Shown here one piece after another: positions 1 through 13,300 of a stretch of 64,000 bases of DNA. The translations under genes and the position numbers were made by a program. The notes beneath the pieces are model-generated. The model was not told the DNA's origin. It saw only the letters and a list, made by a program, of their open reading frames with translations, and searched no databases. This DNA comes from Stylophora pistillata (lineage: Eukaryota). The stretch is from positions 423,731 to 487,730 of the forward strand of contig NW_019217869.1 of assembly GCF_002571385.2 (NCBI RefSeq), in the 5' to 3' direction. Within the stretch, counting starts at the first letter, position 1. The number at the start of each line of letters is the position of its first letter.

Positions 1-527
1 ACTTGAGAAAGTGAAATGAAACTGACTTTCACAAAAGCATTGTGACATATTTATTCTTTATAATCCATCTGAGGTATTTTGGAGGTTCATAATGGAATTT
101 AGCATGGGATTTCGCGGACATGTCTTGAATCTATGTACATCTCAATCTCTCACTTCAATTGCATGTAACGCTCCACAGATATTATTATCGTCATGATGGT
201 ATTCTGTTCGGTACCAGTTTTTGAAATAATCATCGTTAAAGAGTAGCGTACTTTGTAATGGTTTTGTAAGAAATAACCTCTTTTAATTGTGGTTTTAATG
301 TAGCATTAGAGGAGCCACCAATGCCTGAAGAGCAAGAATTTATACCAAAAAATGGAAAAACAACGTTGCCAGAATGTGTGATGCTGTAACCACGTCACCC
401 AGATCTCTCCGAGTCTGTCACGTAACACTTTAATATCACTACTTTCGAACATCGAACTTACGACATGTCGCCACGCATGAATTAAACGTTTTTTCTCTTT
501 AAGTTCTTTACTAATTTATTTATTACC

Positions 528-1901
528 ATGGACTTAGCAAGTGACATTCAAACCGACGATTGGCAATCGACTAGGGAAACCGTGCGGGAGCGGAACAAAT
601 ACATGTTCTTAAATCCTATGATCAGCGATGTGAGCTTTGTTGTTGAAGATTCCACCAAAGATAACGGCGCAAAAGTTGCTCTACCAGCACATAAATACGT
701 GCTAGCGATCAGTAGCCCTGTCTTCTTTGCGATGTTTCATGGTGGCATAGCAGAACAAGGAAACAAAATCGAACTTCCCGATTGTAACTCTGAGTGCTTG
801 ACCGAGTTTCTTCGATTCATCTATTACGACGAACTTCACCTCACGGCCAACTCCGTTCTCGGTGTTATGTATTTAGCAAAGAAATACTTAGTGTTGTCGT
901 TAATGCGGCAATGTGGCCGTTTTCTCGAAGAAAGGATCGATCCGAACAATGTTTTCGAGACGCTGACCCAGGCACGACAGTTTAGAGAAGAAGAATTAGA
1001 GAAGAGATGTTGGTTCATTGTTGATCTCAACACTAAACGGTGTCTGGAATCACCCAGTTTTCTGGAACTTGATGAAGCAGTCATCAAGTCTTTACTACGT
1101 AGGGAAACTTTGAAGATCGAGGAGTCGGAGTTATTTGATTATACCGTACGCTGGGCGAAAAAGCAGTGTGAGCTCAAGGGGTTGGATACTTCTGGGGCAA
1201 ATATAAGGAAAGTACTTGGCGAAACTTTGTACTTTCTTCGTTTTCCAGTCATGTCACAAAAAAAATTTGCAGAAGAAGTTGTTCCTCAAGATGTTTTAAG
1301 TGACCGAGAGGCTCTCAATATATTTTTGCATTTCAGCACCACAAATTCAAAGCCAGATGTACTTTTACCTTGTGTCCCACGCAGTGGAAGACCTATGCGA
1401 CGATGTGCCCAATATACAGAAGCACCTTCACCACACCACTGGCACAGACCACCAAGTAATGGTACAGGACGACGTGAAGAAACAGTTTTATTCACTGTAA
1501 GTTCAGAGTCCCCAGTGTACATTGCTGGTGGGCGTGTCTTCACCCGCACTTTTGGTTTATCAGATGTGGAAAGTCGCAGAGACAAAGTGCAACTGTGGAT
1601 AAGGGAAGACAATTCTCAACAAAAGGCTCTTGGATTTACGGAAGGAGAATTTCTGGCAGATAACAATGGAGTTCACAATGGTGATGGCATTGACGTCAAA
1701 TTCAAAACTGCTGTACTTGTCAAGAGTGGGGTAAGATACTCCTTACAATGCGTGATCTTTTTCAGTCAAAGTGTAACATCTAACAAGCACTCCCCTCAAA
1801 AGGAAGTTGTAGTTGAACAGACCAGGTTTAAATTTCAAAATTCATATCATGGATCACACCTCACTGAGGTCTTGTTCTACACTCCTTGGATTATGCAATA
1901 G
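528..1901 (+). CDS. BTB/POZ-BACK domain protein (BTBD2/3/6-like) with degenerate C-terminal PHR-like region; intronless, 457 aa
   Basis: N-terminal DWQ..RER..MF.N..SDVSF and AHKYVLAISSPVFFAMF (BTB); BACK-like L..LLRRETL.I.E.ELF....WA..QC and LRFPVMSQKKFA. Single uninterrupted ORF. Confidence 0.92.
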   Translation: MDLASDIQTDDWQSTRETVRERNKYMFLNPMISDVSFVVEDSTKDNGAKVALPAHKYVLAISSPVFFAMFHGGIAEQGNKIELPDCNSECLTEFLRFIYYDELHLTANSVLGVMYLAKKYLVLSLMRQCGRFLEERIDPNNVFETLTQARQFREEELEKRCWFIVDLNTKRCLESPSFLELDEAVIKSLLRRETLKIEESELFDYTVRWAKKQCELKGLDTSGANIRKVLGETLYFLRFPVMSQKKFAEEVVPQDVLSDREALNIFLHFSTTNSKPDVLLPCVPRSGRPMRRCAQYTEAPSPHHWHRPPSNGTGRREETVLFTVSSESPVYIAGGRVFTRTFGLSDVESRRDKVQLWIREDNSQQKALGFTEGEFLADNNGVHNGDGIDVKFKTAVLVKSGVRYSLQCVIFFSQSVTSNKHSPQKEVVVEQTRFKFQNSYHGSHLTEVLFYTPWIMQ

Positions 1902-4900
1902 CTGAAAATACCAAAAATTGAACAAGCACAGCACTCAATTTATTTAATATCACAGGAGTAATTTCAGACCAAATAGCACAAAAAGAAGTTAAATTATCAC
2001 TTTTTTTTACAGTTATTTTGAAATTGCAAAATTCAATTTCCCAGATACAAGATTTGAGGGAGTACAAATATTTCATTGAGCCAGTACATAGTTAATCAAG
2101 GCAGTGCTGTGCTGGTTTCCAAAAAAGGTGGAACCAGAAAAAGGAAAAGGAAAGTTTTGTCTTTCATTTTCTTTCAATTTGATTGGTTTCCTCAAACAAG
2201 GAGTGGAAGCTTAAAACAACAATAATTATGATAGTTGATAGCTTACTCATAGGTTATTACTGTTAGAGAAAGCAATTTCTCCAACAGATTTTTGAGAAAA
2301 GCTGTAGGACTTAAATTTCTACAGTAGATTAAGATTAAATTGTGAATGATGGTGTATTGTATAGAAAAACGGGTATTTAGTGGACTTCATAAATGTATTT
2401 TGTTTCATTTATCTGTAAAGTTTTTTTTTTTATTCAAAACCTGGGGCCTTGATCTCATTCAGTATTCAGTATTATTTTTGCCTTGTGAATATTCATCTTT
2501 TTGATTGTGGGGACTCCACTATTAAAACTCAGGAATATTCAGCCCAGTCCCCACTCATGCAGATGATCATGGTTCAACTGTATGATACTCTTTATGAGCA
2601 TACTATCTCTGTGTCATTCACATACTGTCTTAAAAGCTGTTCTGTCCCATGATGTTTTAAATAGACCATTAACCTTTTTAAACAAGCTGTGCTTGATTTG
2701 TGCAATAATAAGTTGCATTTTTGAGCTACTGGATTATTTATTGTGCACCTGTTGACAGATGCTTTATTTTTCTCAAATAAAAGATTGAATTGTATGGAAG
2801 AGATTTGCATATTTTAAATAAACATATCTAATTGATGGTTAGGTCTTTTGTTCAGGATACAAGCCAACATTCTTTTTATTAAGATTTCTTAAGGTCAGAC
2901 CATACTAGGGTGAGAGTCACACTGACTTGGAGTTGATTAAAGCAACAAGTGTGAAAAAGGGATTAAATAACAAAATTTAAAGCCTTTTTTGTGTTATGCA
3001 TAAGAAATCAATTTTTTTCATTTGTCTTATAGATATTAAGTATTGATTAAATGAATAGGAGTTATTATATAATGCTATATACATGTGTTAACTATATATT
3101 TATGGTCTGTAAAATAACACTATTGATTCCATACAATTATGTTTAGTAGAGGCTATAGAATTGTTACAATAACTTAATTCAGTGCTAATGGATTAAATTA
3201 AAGTGGTGGAATTCAATAGCTCTTTCAAGCGATGTTACCTCTAAATCCCTTAGAGGGATTACTTTGTTATTTTCCCCCCGCAGTGTCGAACCTGAATCAA
3301 ACATCAAGGTCAGAAGAATAAAAGAAATAATCATCAGCTCAAGAAGCCCTTGATTATTAATTAAAAAAAAAACTCATTAGTTCCATGGGAAATGTAAATC
3401 AGTGTGTTAAGATGAACAAAGTAAAGCAAACACTGCATTCTGTTGTTAGGGCACAAAGAGTTATAAGGCTTTTAGGGTGGGTTGGCCTATTGATTTATAG
3501 TATCCTGCACACTAGCAGTCCAACTGTTTGCCTACACTTGTGGCTCCAGACTGCAAACATTTTGTTTTCCCTTGAATGGAGTGGGAACAATTAGGGATTG
3601 GGATGAAATAGGGTTTATTTATGTATTTGGTTTCCTTAGGCACCTGTAGGATTGTAAGAAATAAATACACTAGAAGTAGTACAGTGTAGCCTTTGTCAAG
3701 ATATCATTCTTAGCAGAAGCAAACAGGATTGGAAGAAATCAATAAGGTGATCTCCAGAATGATGTGATTAACCACAGGTCTTTTAGGGGGCAGTGGGCAT
3801 TGGGTATCCGGAAGGTCAAAGGGCATTGAACCTTAGCATTAGGTCTCCTTATGGTTAACCCCAGATGCTTCTATTACCCTGATATGTGACTCTGTCATCT
3901 ATTAAGAAAGTGCCCTTTATTGCCTACTTGCAGGATGTGGTGCAGAAATGTTACATTTGTGTGACACCAGGGAGTTGTCCTCATGTTGTACCATGAATTG
4001 TGCTGAATTCATGTGTCAAAAGTACAGACAGCTTTAAAAGCAAATGATTTTGTATACTTTTTCTTCAATCAGACAATTCTATTCATATTTGTTTCATCAT
4101 CTTCCTCCTCTCTCCTGGAATATTTCTATCCGGTATGGGAAATGTACCATGACACTGTCAGTCCATAGATATCACCTGTAATGTGTCACTGGAATTTAGG
4201 AGCGTGGAATATTGGAATCTTGGGATGACAAAGGGATGGAGCGGAGAAGAGATTGGAAGACAGATAGTGAATTAGACATCAATACACAAAGCTACACACT
4301 TACCAGTTCTTTTTTTTTAATTTGAAAATTAAGATAAGTTCTTTCGTTCGGTTTCAGAAAATCTGAACAGTCAAAAGGGCTTTCCGACTGGTTTTCTTCT
4401 GAATATTAAAGGTAAGCATCTACCTTAGTTTAATCTTTAAAGTGCCTTGCCTCCATCAAGTTTGTTATTTTTCGGCACATCGGTGCAACGTTGCATGACA
4501 GTAAGGTTGAGTTATACCATTAATAGTTAGAGCAATTTTGATTCGAGTGTGGAAAGCAATCCAATCCTCTGACTGATCTAAAAAACTCGATCCATCTACT
4601 CAGCCAATCAGCTGCAAAACGAAATCTAAGAGTGACTTTGTCCCTCCCGTTTTCTCGCTTTTCAGGCTGTCAACATGTTTTAATTTTTCTTTAAAATTGT
4701 TCAAGCGATACATACTTTGGTTTTTTTGGCCTTTGTAAAGACTTTGGCTTTGGTTTTGGTCTTGGTTTTGGTTTTAAGACACTACCTACAAGTAAGAGTT
4801 GACCAGAGAGGAATAAGATAGCCTGTGGTGATGATGAAACACAGAGTCAGATGACTACTTAAGCTCCCTTAAAAATCACTGGTTAATTTGGCTGATAGGT

Positions 4901-5032
4901 GACCAAGACCACGCCCTTAAGATTTTTTCTGAAGCATCGGCTTTTCACATTTTGTTCTAGAAAAATTTGCCCCCTGATAAACCCTTTTCACTTTAATAGC
5001 TTGCGCTTCCATGTCGTGTCGCATTTCCGTTA

Positions 5033-7169
5033 TTATTCTTGAGTGTCTGGTACTTGAGCATAATCCATGACGCTTTCTTTTCGTTTGCGTGCTCTTGCTG
5101 CCACAACCGCGCATCCACTAAGAACAAAAGCCATAAGACACGTGGCCACTGCTGCTGACACCAGACTGTACTTAGAAGAGTGTCTCTGCTCATGCGCAAC
5201 CTTTAAGAACAACAAAAGTGAGGGTAAAATTAGGGAACACCCCAAACGACATTTTAGGCAATTGCCGTACTGATTTTTCCGTGAAAATTATATCGGAGGA
5301 AAAGCTGCAAATATTTCTCAGAGATTGCGTGGTAGTCGTTCATGAGAATGAAAAACCTCACAAACAATACTTGGGGATATTGCTTACTTTTCTATTTGAG
5401 GAAGCTTGTTCATGTTTTTGTAACTCATCCAATTCAACAGTATCCGCCATTCCGCCAGTTGGTATTTTTACCCTCGCACTGTTCTGCTCCGTTTTGCTTG
5501 TCTTCTCCTCTTCTTTAAAAAACTTGCTCAAATGCGCCTTCGTTTGTGCCTGTGTGCCATTCTTATTTCCATCCTTGCTGCTGCTACTGTCCTCAGTTTT
5601 TCCAGCATTGTCTGCGTTAGCGCTAGTGTTACCATTGTGAGCTACAGGAAAATGAATGTGGCTTGGTTACATGGTGGAAACGATGACATGGTTAGTTGTT
5701 TAATATTAATAGAATCTCATCAGGTTTTTCTATGTTTATAACTTTAAACAGCCGAAGCCTTAAGCCTAGTTCCTACTAATGACATAACGATCATAATCAT
5801 AANNNNNNNNNNNNNNNNNNNNNNNNNNNNNNNNNNNNNNNNNNNNNNNNNNNNNNNNNNNNNNNNNNNNNNNNNNNNNNNNNNNNNNNNNNNNNNNNNN
5901 NNNNNNNNNNNNNNNNNNNNNNNNNNNNNNNNNNNNNNNNNNNNNNNNNNNNNNNNNNNNNNNNNNNNNNNNNNNNNNNNNNNNNNNNNNNNNNNNNNNN
6001 NNNNNNNNNNNNNNNNNNNNNNNNNNNNNNNNNNNNNNNNNNNNNNNNNNNNNNNNNNNNNNNNNNNNNNNNNNNNNNNNNNNNNNNNNNNNNNNNNNNN
6101 NNNNNNNNNNNNNNNNNNNCGACACAATATGTGAACTGAGTTCATGAGGTGCCATTTCTTTGAGGGGAGTAAAAAGAATCTCCAATGTAAAGTTAGGAGG
6201 ACAGTTCGCTGAATAATTCTATACTCTGGTCGTTTTGCGTATAAAGGAAAGTTACTAGTGAAAAAATTTAAAATGTCGTAAAAACATCTTACCAGCTTCT
6301 ACATGAACTGCTTTATGTAATCGCTTTACCAACGCCACCACTGGCTGCCATTTGTTGTTCAGCGCTGGCGCCGTTGCGCAATGATTATCTGTGAAACAAG
6401 TAACCGAGTAGCAGATCTTTCCCGCCAAAAACGCAGCCTGACAACGGTCCAGCTCACAGCATAACAACATACATACTTCCAAGTCAGACACTTTTCCTAA
6501 TTTGGTAAAATTCCCGGATTTAGTGCCATGGAGAAATGTGACGTTGTTCCTGACTTCTCCGGGCTCGCACGATAGGTCACGAACTTGACTTAAGAAACTA
6601 GGCGACCATCGGCTTTTTCCTGAAACGTATCAGATTGAATTAAGATTGAAGTAATTTGCCTCAAAATCAGTTACCTTACTTTGAGGAAAGTAGGAAAATC
6701 TGGTACATGTAGATAATATATACATCGTTAAGCAGCTGATTATAATCAGCGGTCGCTTCGATACGTTCCAAGAAAAAAACAACAACCTGTCGTTTTTCAT
6801 TCAAGAACTGCGATACACCCGCCAGGCTTTGCCGGCCTTTATTGAGTGGTTCAAAATATTAAGAATTATCAAATAGATAAGCATTGAGGAGGACATAGAG
6901 AATGTGAATGAAACACAATTGTAATAGGTTACGCAGTGTAAGTTAATTGTCCCCAACTCTCTTTAGCAATGCCAAAATTGAAGCGATTCATTCGATTTTC
7001 GTGCGGTGACCCATTATTGTCTACCATTAAATAGGGTCATACTTGACATTTGTTTTAAAAGTTACGATCGATGTTAAAACTTATCACAAATACCTGTTAG
7101 TACTGAACTGCAAACATGTGAAATGTAGTGCGCTATAACGAAAACTCCAATTGAAGATGATAGCTTCAT
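5033..7169 (-). CDS. Predicted type I membrane protein (~274 aa): signal peptide + MANSC/KIAA0319-N-like Cys-rich domain + low-complexity stalk + TM + short tail with YAQV
   Basis: Hand-built exons (minus): 7169-7094 (MKLSSSIGVFVIAHYISHVCSSVLT, ends phase 1); 6619-6293 (phase 1-1; C..NVTFLHGTKSGNFTKLGKVSDLEVCMLLCCELDRCQAAFLAGKICYSVTCFTDNHC); 5641-5388 (phase 1-0, polar stalk); 5200-5033 (LVSAAVATCLMAFVLSGCAVVA-ARARKRK..MDYAQV..stop). All junctions GT-AG and in frame. A gap (5803-6119) lies in intron 2. Confidence 0.75.
5803..6119. other. Assembly gap
   Basis: Run of N. Confidence 1.
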
Positions 7170-7538
7170 GTTAACCAATAATATCAAGTATCTTCATGTT
7201 GTCGCAATCGACACTGTAAATGGAGAAGTGGGAGGGAGTAAACAACTTGTGGTTAGTCCTGGTACCGACAGTAGCGCACGTGCACTTGAGATTTTGTTTG
7301 ATTTCGCAAATATTTATATGTCAGTTTAAGAGGAAGGTCACGCGATGATTTAGCTTAATAATTTGACTAAATATTTGGAAGACTGAGAACTAACCTTTAG
7401 AAAAAAAGGAACAGGGTTTAATAGAAGCAGAGAAAAAAATCTAAATCAACGTAATTCAGTGGTAACGTTTAACGTACCGCACATGGTTTGTTTGTTTGCT
7501 TTGTTTCTGTGCTAAGATTGAACCATCGTGATCATTAA

Positions 7539-7737
7539 TAACCCTTTAACTTTCGGAAGTGTAACTTCTCCCAAAAATGTCCATACACTATCCAGCAAAC
7601 AGGTAATGAGAATACTTAAACTTATCAGGTAGAAGTTATCTTGATCAAACACTATATCCTTATATCTAATTTACAAGGATATGTGTAGCAGCCAGAGGGG
7701 AGAATTAACAATCTGATCAAGGAGCTTAAAGGGTTAA
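7539..7737. mobile_element. ~200-bp MITE with (T)TAACCC...GGGTTAA ends (piggyBac-like); family copy A
   Basis: Homologous to 16358-16531 (same orientation) and to 34721-34915 and 62895-63110 (opposite orientation), e.g. CAAACAGGTAATGAGAATACT..GGTAGAAGTT..GAGGGGAGAATTA. Confidence 0.65.
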
Positions 7738-9586
7738 AGATACCCACATCACAAGAAGAAGTTTTCTGAAGTGTTATGAAACCTTAAAAAGAAAGAACTT
7801 GGACCGATAGCTAGTTATGACGGGGAAAAATGCTGGTAGTACAAGCGGGTAGCCTGTGTACGATGAAGGCAAATGAATGAATGAATTTTCCTTTGATAAG
7901 ATGTTCAATTCCTTTCATTGGTTACTCTCTCCTCGCCAATTACTAGCAGCACATAGTTATTTTTCAAGGATGGACCTAAGACAGTTGGTTTTAGAGCCAC
8001 TTTGGATGTCTGATACTAGAATAAGAGAACAAAAAGCCTTCTTAAATTTACTCAGCCTTTGTCAGGGTGTTGCCGGGCTCTTTGTTAGGCTTATGTGAGA
8101 GGTATAACTTTTCAAGCAAAGTAAAAATATAAATTGTAATGCCTGCTTCTAAAATGATCGGCCATTCTTCACTGAGAAATTAGTTGTTGCTAGATTTGAG
8201 GAGCGACTTGTCTGAACATGAACAATTTCAGATCGCTATTGACTTGACATTTTCTGTGGTCACCGTAAGTTCAATCTGTCTTGCCATGAAGGTCTTATAT
8301 ATATATCGTTATGATAAATTTTCCCGCCGTCCTGGAGAGGGTGCTATTATTGCATCAACTTTATTTAAAAAGGAAAAGGAAAACACCCGGTCGTTTAAGA
8401 GCACCGAGTCTACCAGATCAATAACATGTTTGGTTAACAATTATCCGCCGGTTCCCTTTATCAAACTTTCGTACGACCACGACCATTGGCTTATGATACG
8501 AAATGTTGACAAAACGCAGGCTGGAATTGGATCACTTAGTTCCAAGACGAGCTATTTGTTAAACTTTATGTCTCAACGATAGACAGCAACTGTATTTTCA
8601 GTCATTTTCACTTGTTCTTTAAGTTTAATTCGAGATAGATCAGTAGTTTTCGCGCGCGTCGAAACGTTTAACTGTTATACTGCTTCTTTTTTTTTTTAAG
8701 AGAATCTTTTCAATGGATCATAGACTTGTTATTAGTAGCTTACCAGACGAACTAAATTGTATTTGACCTTACCTGAAATTTTTACTAGAACGATCTCCCT
8801 CGAAGTTCTTGCATACCCGTAGAGAACGCCCTTTACAATTAAATTCATTTGGTTTATCATTAGTTCCATGAGCCAACACCCAAGCCGCTCCAGTCTTATG
8901 TGGCGTGACTTGGAAGTTTTTTCTCCCTGTCACGTGATGATTTTACCATAACAGTGGTGTTAAGCGACCCTTAATTTGGCGGGAAGTTTGGTCACATGCT
9001 ATACAACAGGTACACCATTGTCATTTGTCTCCCCAGATCGTGTAAGTCTTTACTGAGAATATTATGGCGTCTGATTTATAAGGGTATAATACCAACCAAA
9101 TTAAGCGTAAATGTAGTTTAAAAAGAATAGTTTATTCTCTTCTGTGACCTCCACTGTACATTGTATAAGAAACTAAAACCAATTTTTGTCATTGCAGACT
9201 GAATAAAGCTACTATCATATTCCACTGGCTTGGTTCCGCTATATACAGCTAGACTATTTCTCTCCCACTACCCTCCAGTTGGTAAACTCGACAGAACCGT
9301 TTCTCTACGTCATTTTTTTGAGAACATCTGACTCTACGGGCGTGTACAACTAGCATGTTAGAAAATGAAACCCCTAAAGTATTTTACAACTTTAAACGAA
9401 GAACGTAAACTGCCATACTGCTTTTACTAATGTTTGCTAGAGAAATATTTTAGTTACTGTCGACTCGTCGTCATCTTTTTACATAAATCATTCGCTTAGT
9501 TACGTTAAACGACGAGAATGACAAACTAAGATATTTACGGTACCAAAGTGCGAGTTGATAATTTCGATCCATTCCTGATATTTCTG

Positions 9587-10125
9587 NNNNNNNNNNNNNN
9601 NNNNNNNNNNNNNNNNNNNNNNNNNNNNNNNNNNNNNNNNNNNNNNNNNNNNNNNNNNNNNNNNNNNNNNNNNNNNNNNNNNNNNNNNNNNNNNNNNNNN
9701 NNNNNNNNNNNNNNNNNNNNNNNNNNNNNNNNNNNNNNNNNNNNNNNNNNNNNNNNNNNNNNNNNNNNNNNNNNNNNNNNNNNNNNNNNNNNNNNNNNNN
9801 NNNNNNNNNNNNNNNNNNNNNNNNNNNNNNNNNNNNNNNNNNNNNNNNNNNNNNNNNNNNNNNNNNNNNNNNNNNNNNNNNNNNNNNNNNNNNNNNNNNN
9901 NNNNNNNNNNNNNNNNNNNNNNNNNNNNNNNNNNNNNNNNNNNNNNNNNNNNNNNNNNNNNNNNNNNNNNNNNNNNNNNNNNNNNNNNNNNNNNNNNNNN
10001 NNNNNNNNNNNNNNNNNNNNNNNNNNNNNNNNNNNNNNNNNNNNNNNNNNNNNNNNNNNNNNNNNNNNNNNNNNNNNNNNNNNNNNNNNNNNNNNNNNNN
10101 NNNNNNNNNNNNNNNNNNNNNNNNN
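9587..10125. other. Assembly gap
   Basis: Run of N. Confidence 1.
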
Positions 10126-10340
10126 GTGTACGAATTGTATTTAACAAAACAAACGCCAAAAAAAGAAACCTTTTTTTAATTTCGAGCTCGTGGTGAGATT
10201 TGATTTGACGAAAACGAAAGTTAGATGGCACTTATTTAATTTGATTTCCACAAACAAACTCCTCACTCCTATTTGGTGGAATATATTTTAGGACGAATGA
10301 ACACTGTGATTTCCTAGTTGAGCGGTGACTTTACATGTTC

Positions 10341-13300
10341 TCATGACCCGTCAGGCTGTGGATCATCAATGAGGTCATATGCTGCGCGTGCTCTGTGCGC
10401 CAGGATTCTCTTTGTGGCAAAAGCGATAGAGGCGGTTCCTACAATGGCTCCTGCGACACCACACCCAATGGCAACGGCTAAACCAGAACTGGAAGTCTTG
10501 CCTGTTGGAATCTGGGTAAAAAAAAAGAGAACTCGCTGTGTCAATGCTTGTTTATTAGAGCGCGAACTTCTTCTTCAAGGCGCGTCTGTTTTCTCAAGAA
10601 TTTGTGATTTTGCTACACTTCACTCAGTGTTTGGCTTTCAAATATCGCACCAACTTCTTAACCAAGCAGACGCAAACGTAGATGAACCGTTTCTTAGTTA
10701 TCCGCGTCTATCCGCAAGTTAGGCAGTGAGCATGTATTTTACTTTTTTCTGATCAGCTACTGTGATTTGGTTGGTTTTGTTTCTTTTTTTTTTGGCTGTA
10801 GGACACTCATTTTAGTAAGAAAAGCTGAGCAAATTGTTCAATATGTGCCACTCAGTAGTTAGTAGTTTCAAACTTCTCAGGAGTGACGGAAAACATTCAA
10901 CCTTTTCTAGCATAAAGATGCAGAAACAAAGAACAACGACCGTATGAAAGAAAACAAAAGTAAGCTTGGTGCTTAAGCTGAAATCCTTACCTTGCTCTTA
11001 ACATCCTTTCCAGTTCCTAAATCATCTTCACTCTCTTGCCCTGTAATCAATGATCAGTTGTCATTTGTCACTGCTTAGGTATTGCAGGCTTTCATAAACT
11101 TTCACTAACAGTAGTCTTTTTTGAAAAACCACAAAATCTTTGTCGATCTTCAAGTAGATCGGAAGTTGAAATAGAAATTCTACGCAGTCTTCGAATTTGA
11201 TAGTGTCATGTGCATGCCATCCCCAAAATGATGGAACTTGAGGTGGGGGGAGGGGAGGGGATGGGTACTTTATATCTTTATCATCTTTGTTTTGGGTGAC
11301 TCGATGGTCAAAACAATCTATTCCAGCGATTTCTCAGGGGAACCTGAGGACATGTTAAGCCGGGGTAACCAGTGATTTACCAATATCCCGCCAAGAGAGA
11401 TTGGCAATACTCCTTGGTCGTTTTATGTTACCAAAATAAGGATACGTTCTGGTAACTATGCGAGTCAGTCTTTAGCGCAGGATACCTTTACTTACTTGAT
11501 TCATTACGCTGTTTCACAAACCAGTCTTTTTCTCTTTGCCTGAATCACGCTGTACACTTACCTGGCTCGTAATAACAGTAGTAAATCTTTAAATTGAAGG
11601 GGTCTTCACTGGGTCCATAAGGGTGTGCCCCATCTGCTGCATCAGTATTCCCTTGATCATCATCATCAAACTTGATGAACTCGCTTGTAACTTTGGTTCC
11701 CGCCACTTTCTGACACTGAGCAGAGTCGTATGTGAGAAGGTAGAAGGGTCTCAGAGCGGGAAGTTGAATTGGATTGTTCACGTTTCCCTTTGTACTACAG
11801 CAGTATTTTATTGTTGTGTGAGATTTCTCGTAGACTCCATCGGGCAGGTCTCCGAAGTGTTTGTCGTTAAGGTCTATTTCTGATTGTTCATCGTCCCAGC
11901 GGATGAAGCCTTCTTTTAGTCCGTTAGGACATACTCCTGAGAAAGGAGAGCATCATTATTCGTTGTTTTCATGATGTACTCGCTTCATCTTTAAGTCAAT
12001 GCTGGTGGTAACGCCTCCATGGCTAGCTGTCTGCCTGTCTGTCTGTCTGGTCGGCTCTCTACCTTTATGTCTAACTGCCGATTATTTTGGTGTTTTGGTG
12101 ATTAAATAACCAAATGAATGTTGTCGTAAGCTTCAGAGAAACAATGTTGTGCCTTGTGAGAAGATGATTTAAACCCCAAATTTTCCGATGAGTGGTTAAC
12201 ACTTAAAAAAATGAGCTCAAAACTCGCTGACTGAGGCGGTTTATTTACGTTATCAACCACAAATTCAAAAACAACCAACTGTGCAACCAAATAACTCAAG
12301 GATTCAACGAACGAACTAAAAGAGCAACTATCTGCTACAGCTGGATCGTAGATGATCAAGTTTTAAAGACAACTATTGTCTTGACTCTGAACAATTAAAT
12401 ACTGAGGGGCGTACGGATTACTCTACTTGGGTTTTTTTAAAACTCTCTCACCTTTCTTGTAAAGGCAGTATTTTCCTTCGGGCCAAATTTCGCTGCCACT
12501 GTTTCCATTGTTACTATCTTTTAAGCAGAACTTCTGCTGAATACCATGCGCGGAAAAGTTCCCAGGCATGTGGAAGATGTTCGACCGCTGGTTCTCGTTA
12601 TTGTCGTCCTCTGTGTCATGATAAGTCCAACCTGTCTTCCATTCAGTGACTCCATCTGACGGACAGCCCGTGGTAGGCATAGGTAAACCGTATGTACCAC
12701 CTGGCCATTGAACTGAAGTAGAAGAAAAGCTCGAATGTAACTCTTCAGTTTAACGAGGAAAGATCCAATGTTCATATGGATTGGTAAAAATCTGAACAGC
12801 TTTAGTTCTCCTTCTTTTATGTTTGGATTCTTTTCGTACTGTTTTCTTATCCTTCGATCTACTCTTTTCTGGTCATAATGATATGGTTTTAATTTCGGAT
12901 AACCATTTTAGTGTCATGACCCAGATGAGATTGTGATTTACAAACCTAATTTGATAAGAATTCAACTTTTGCTGTCTACATTTCAGCCGGTTGTCCAATC
13001 ATGTCACCCTTTAACAAATGGTAAACACCACAGCGTACACTATTGAGTTATGGATGCACGCGGGAGGTTGCTAAGCACGAAAGAAGCGTAAGAGTCGCTC
13101 GAGGCGAAAGCCGAGAGCGACTCTAGCTTCTTGAGTGCTTAGCAAACCTCCCAAGTGCATCCATAACTCAATAGTGTACGCTGTGGTGTTTACCATTTGT
13201 TTTATAACATTACATTGATACATTGTAGCTAAAGAGTTCCCTTTTATTTAACAAATCTTACGCGACCAGAAAAAACAAGCGCGCGCGGAAAAATAGTCTT

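Noticed and set aside
3930-4260. Cys-rich, exon-like segment after the BTB gene
   Set aside because: Stops or frameshifts in the frames examined and no recognisable domain.
5218-5640. 140-aa hydrophobic plus-strand ORF
   Set aside because: Antisense shadow of the polar stalk exon of the minus-strand MANSC-like gene.
5744-6185. Long ORFs across N runs (also 9500-10231 and 26965-27945)
   Set aside because: Artefacts of assembly gaps translated as X.
8184-8582. 132-aa ORF
   Set aside because: Non-ATG start and no motif; more likely non-coding or UTR of the neighbouring gene.
11494-11539. Apparent extra mini-exon in the ApeC gene
   Set aside because: Would need a 22-nt intron and introduces an in-frame stop.
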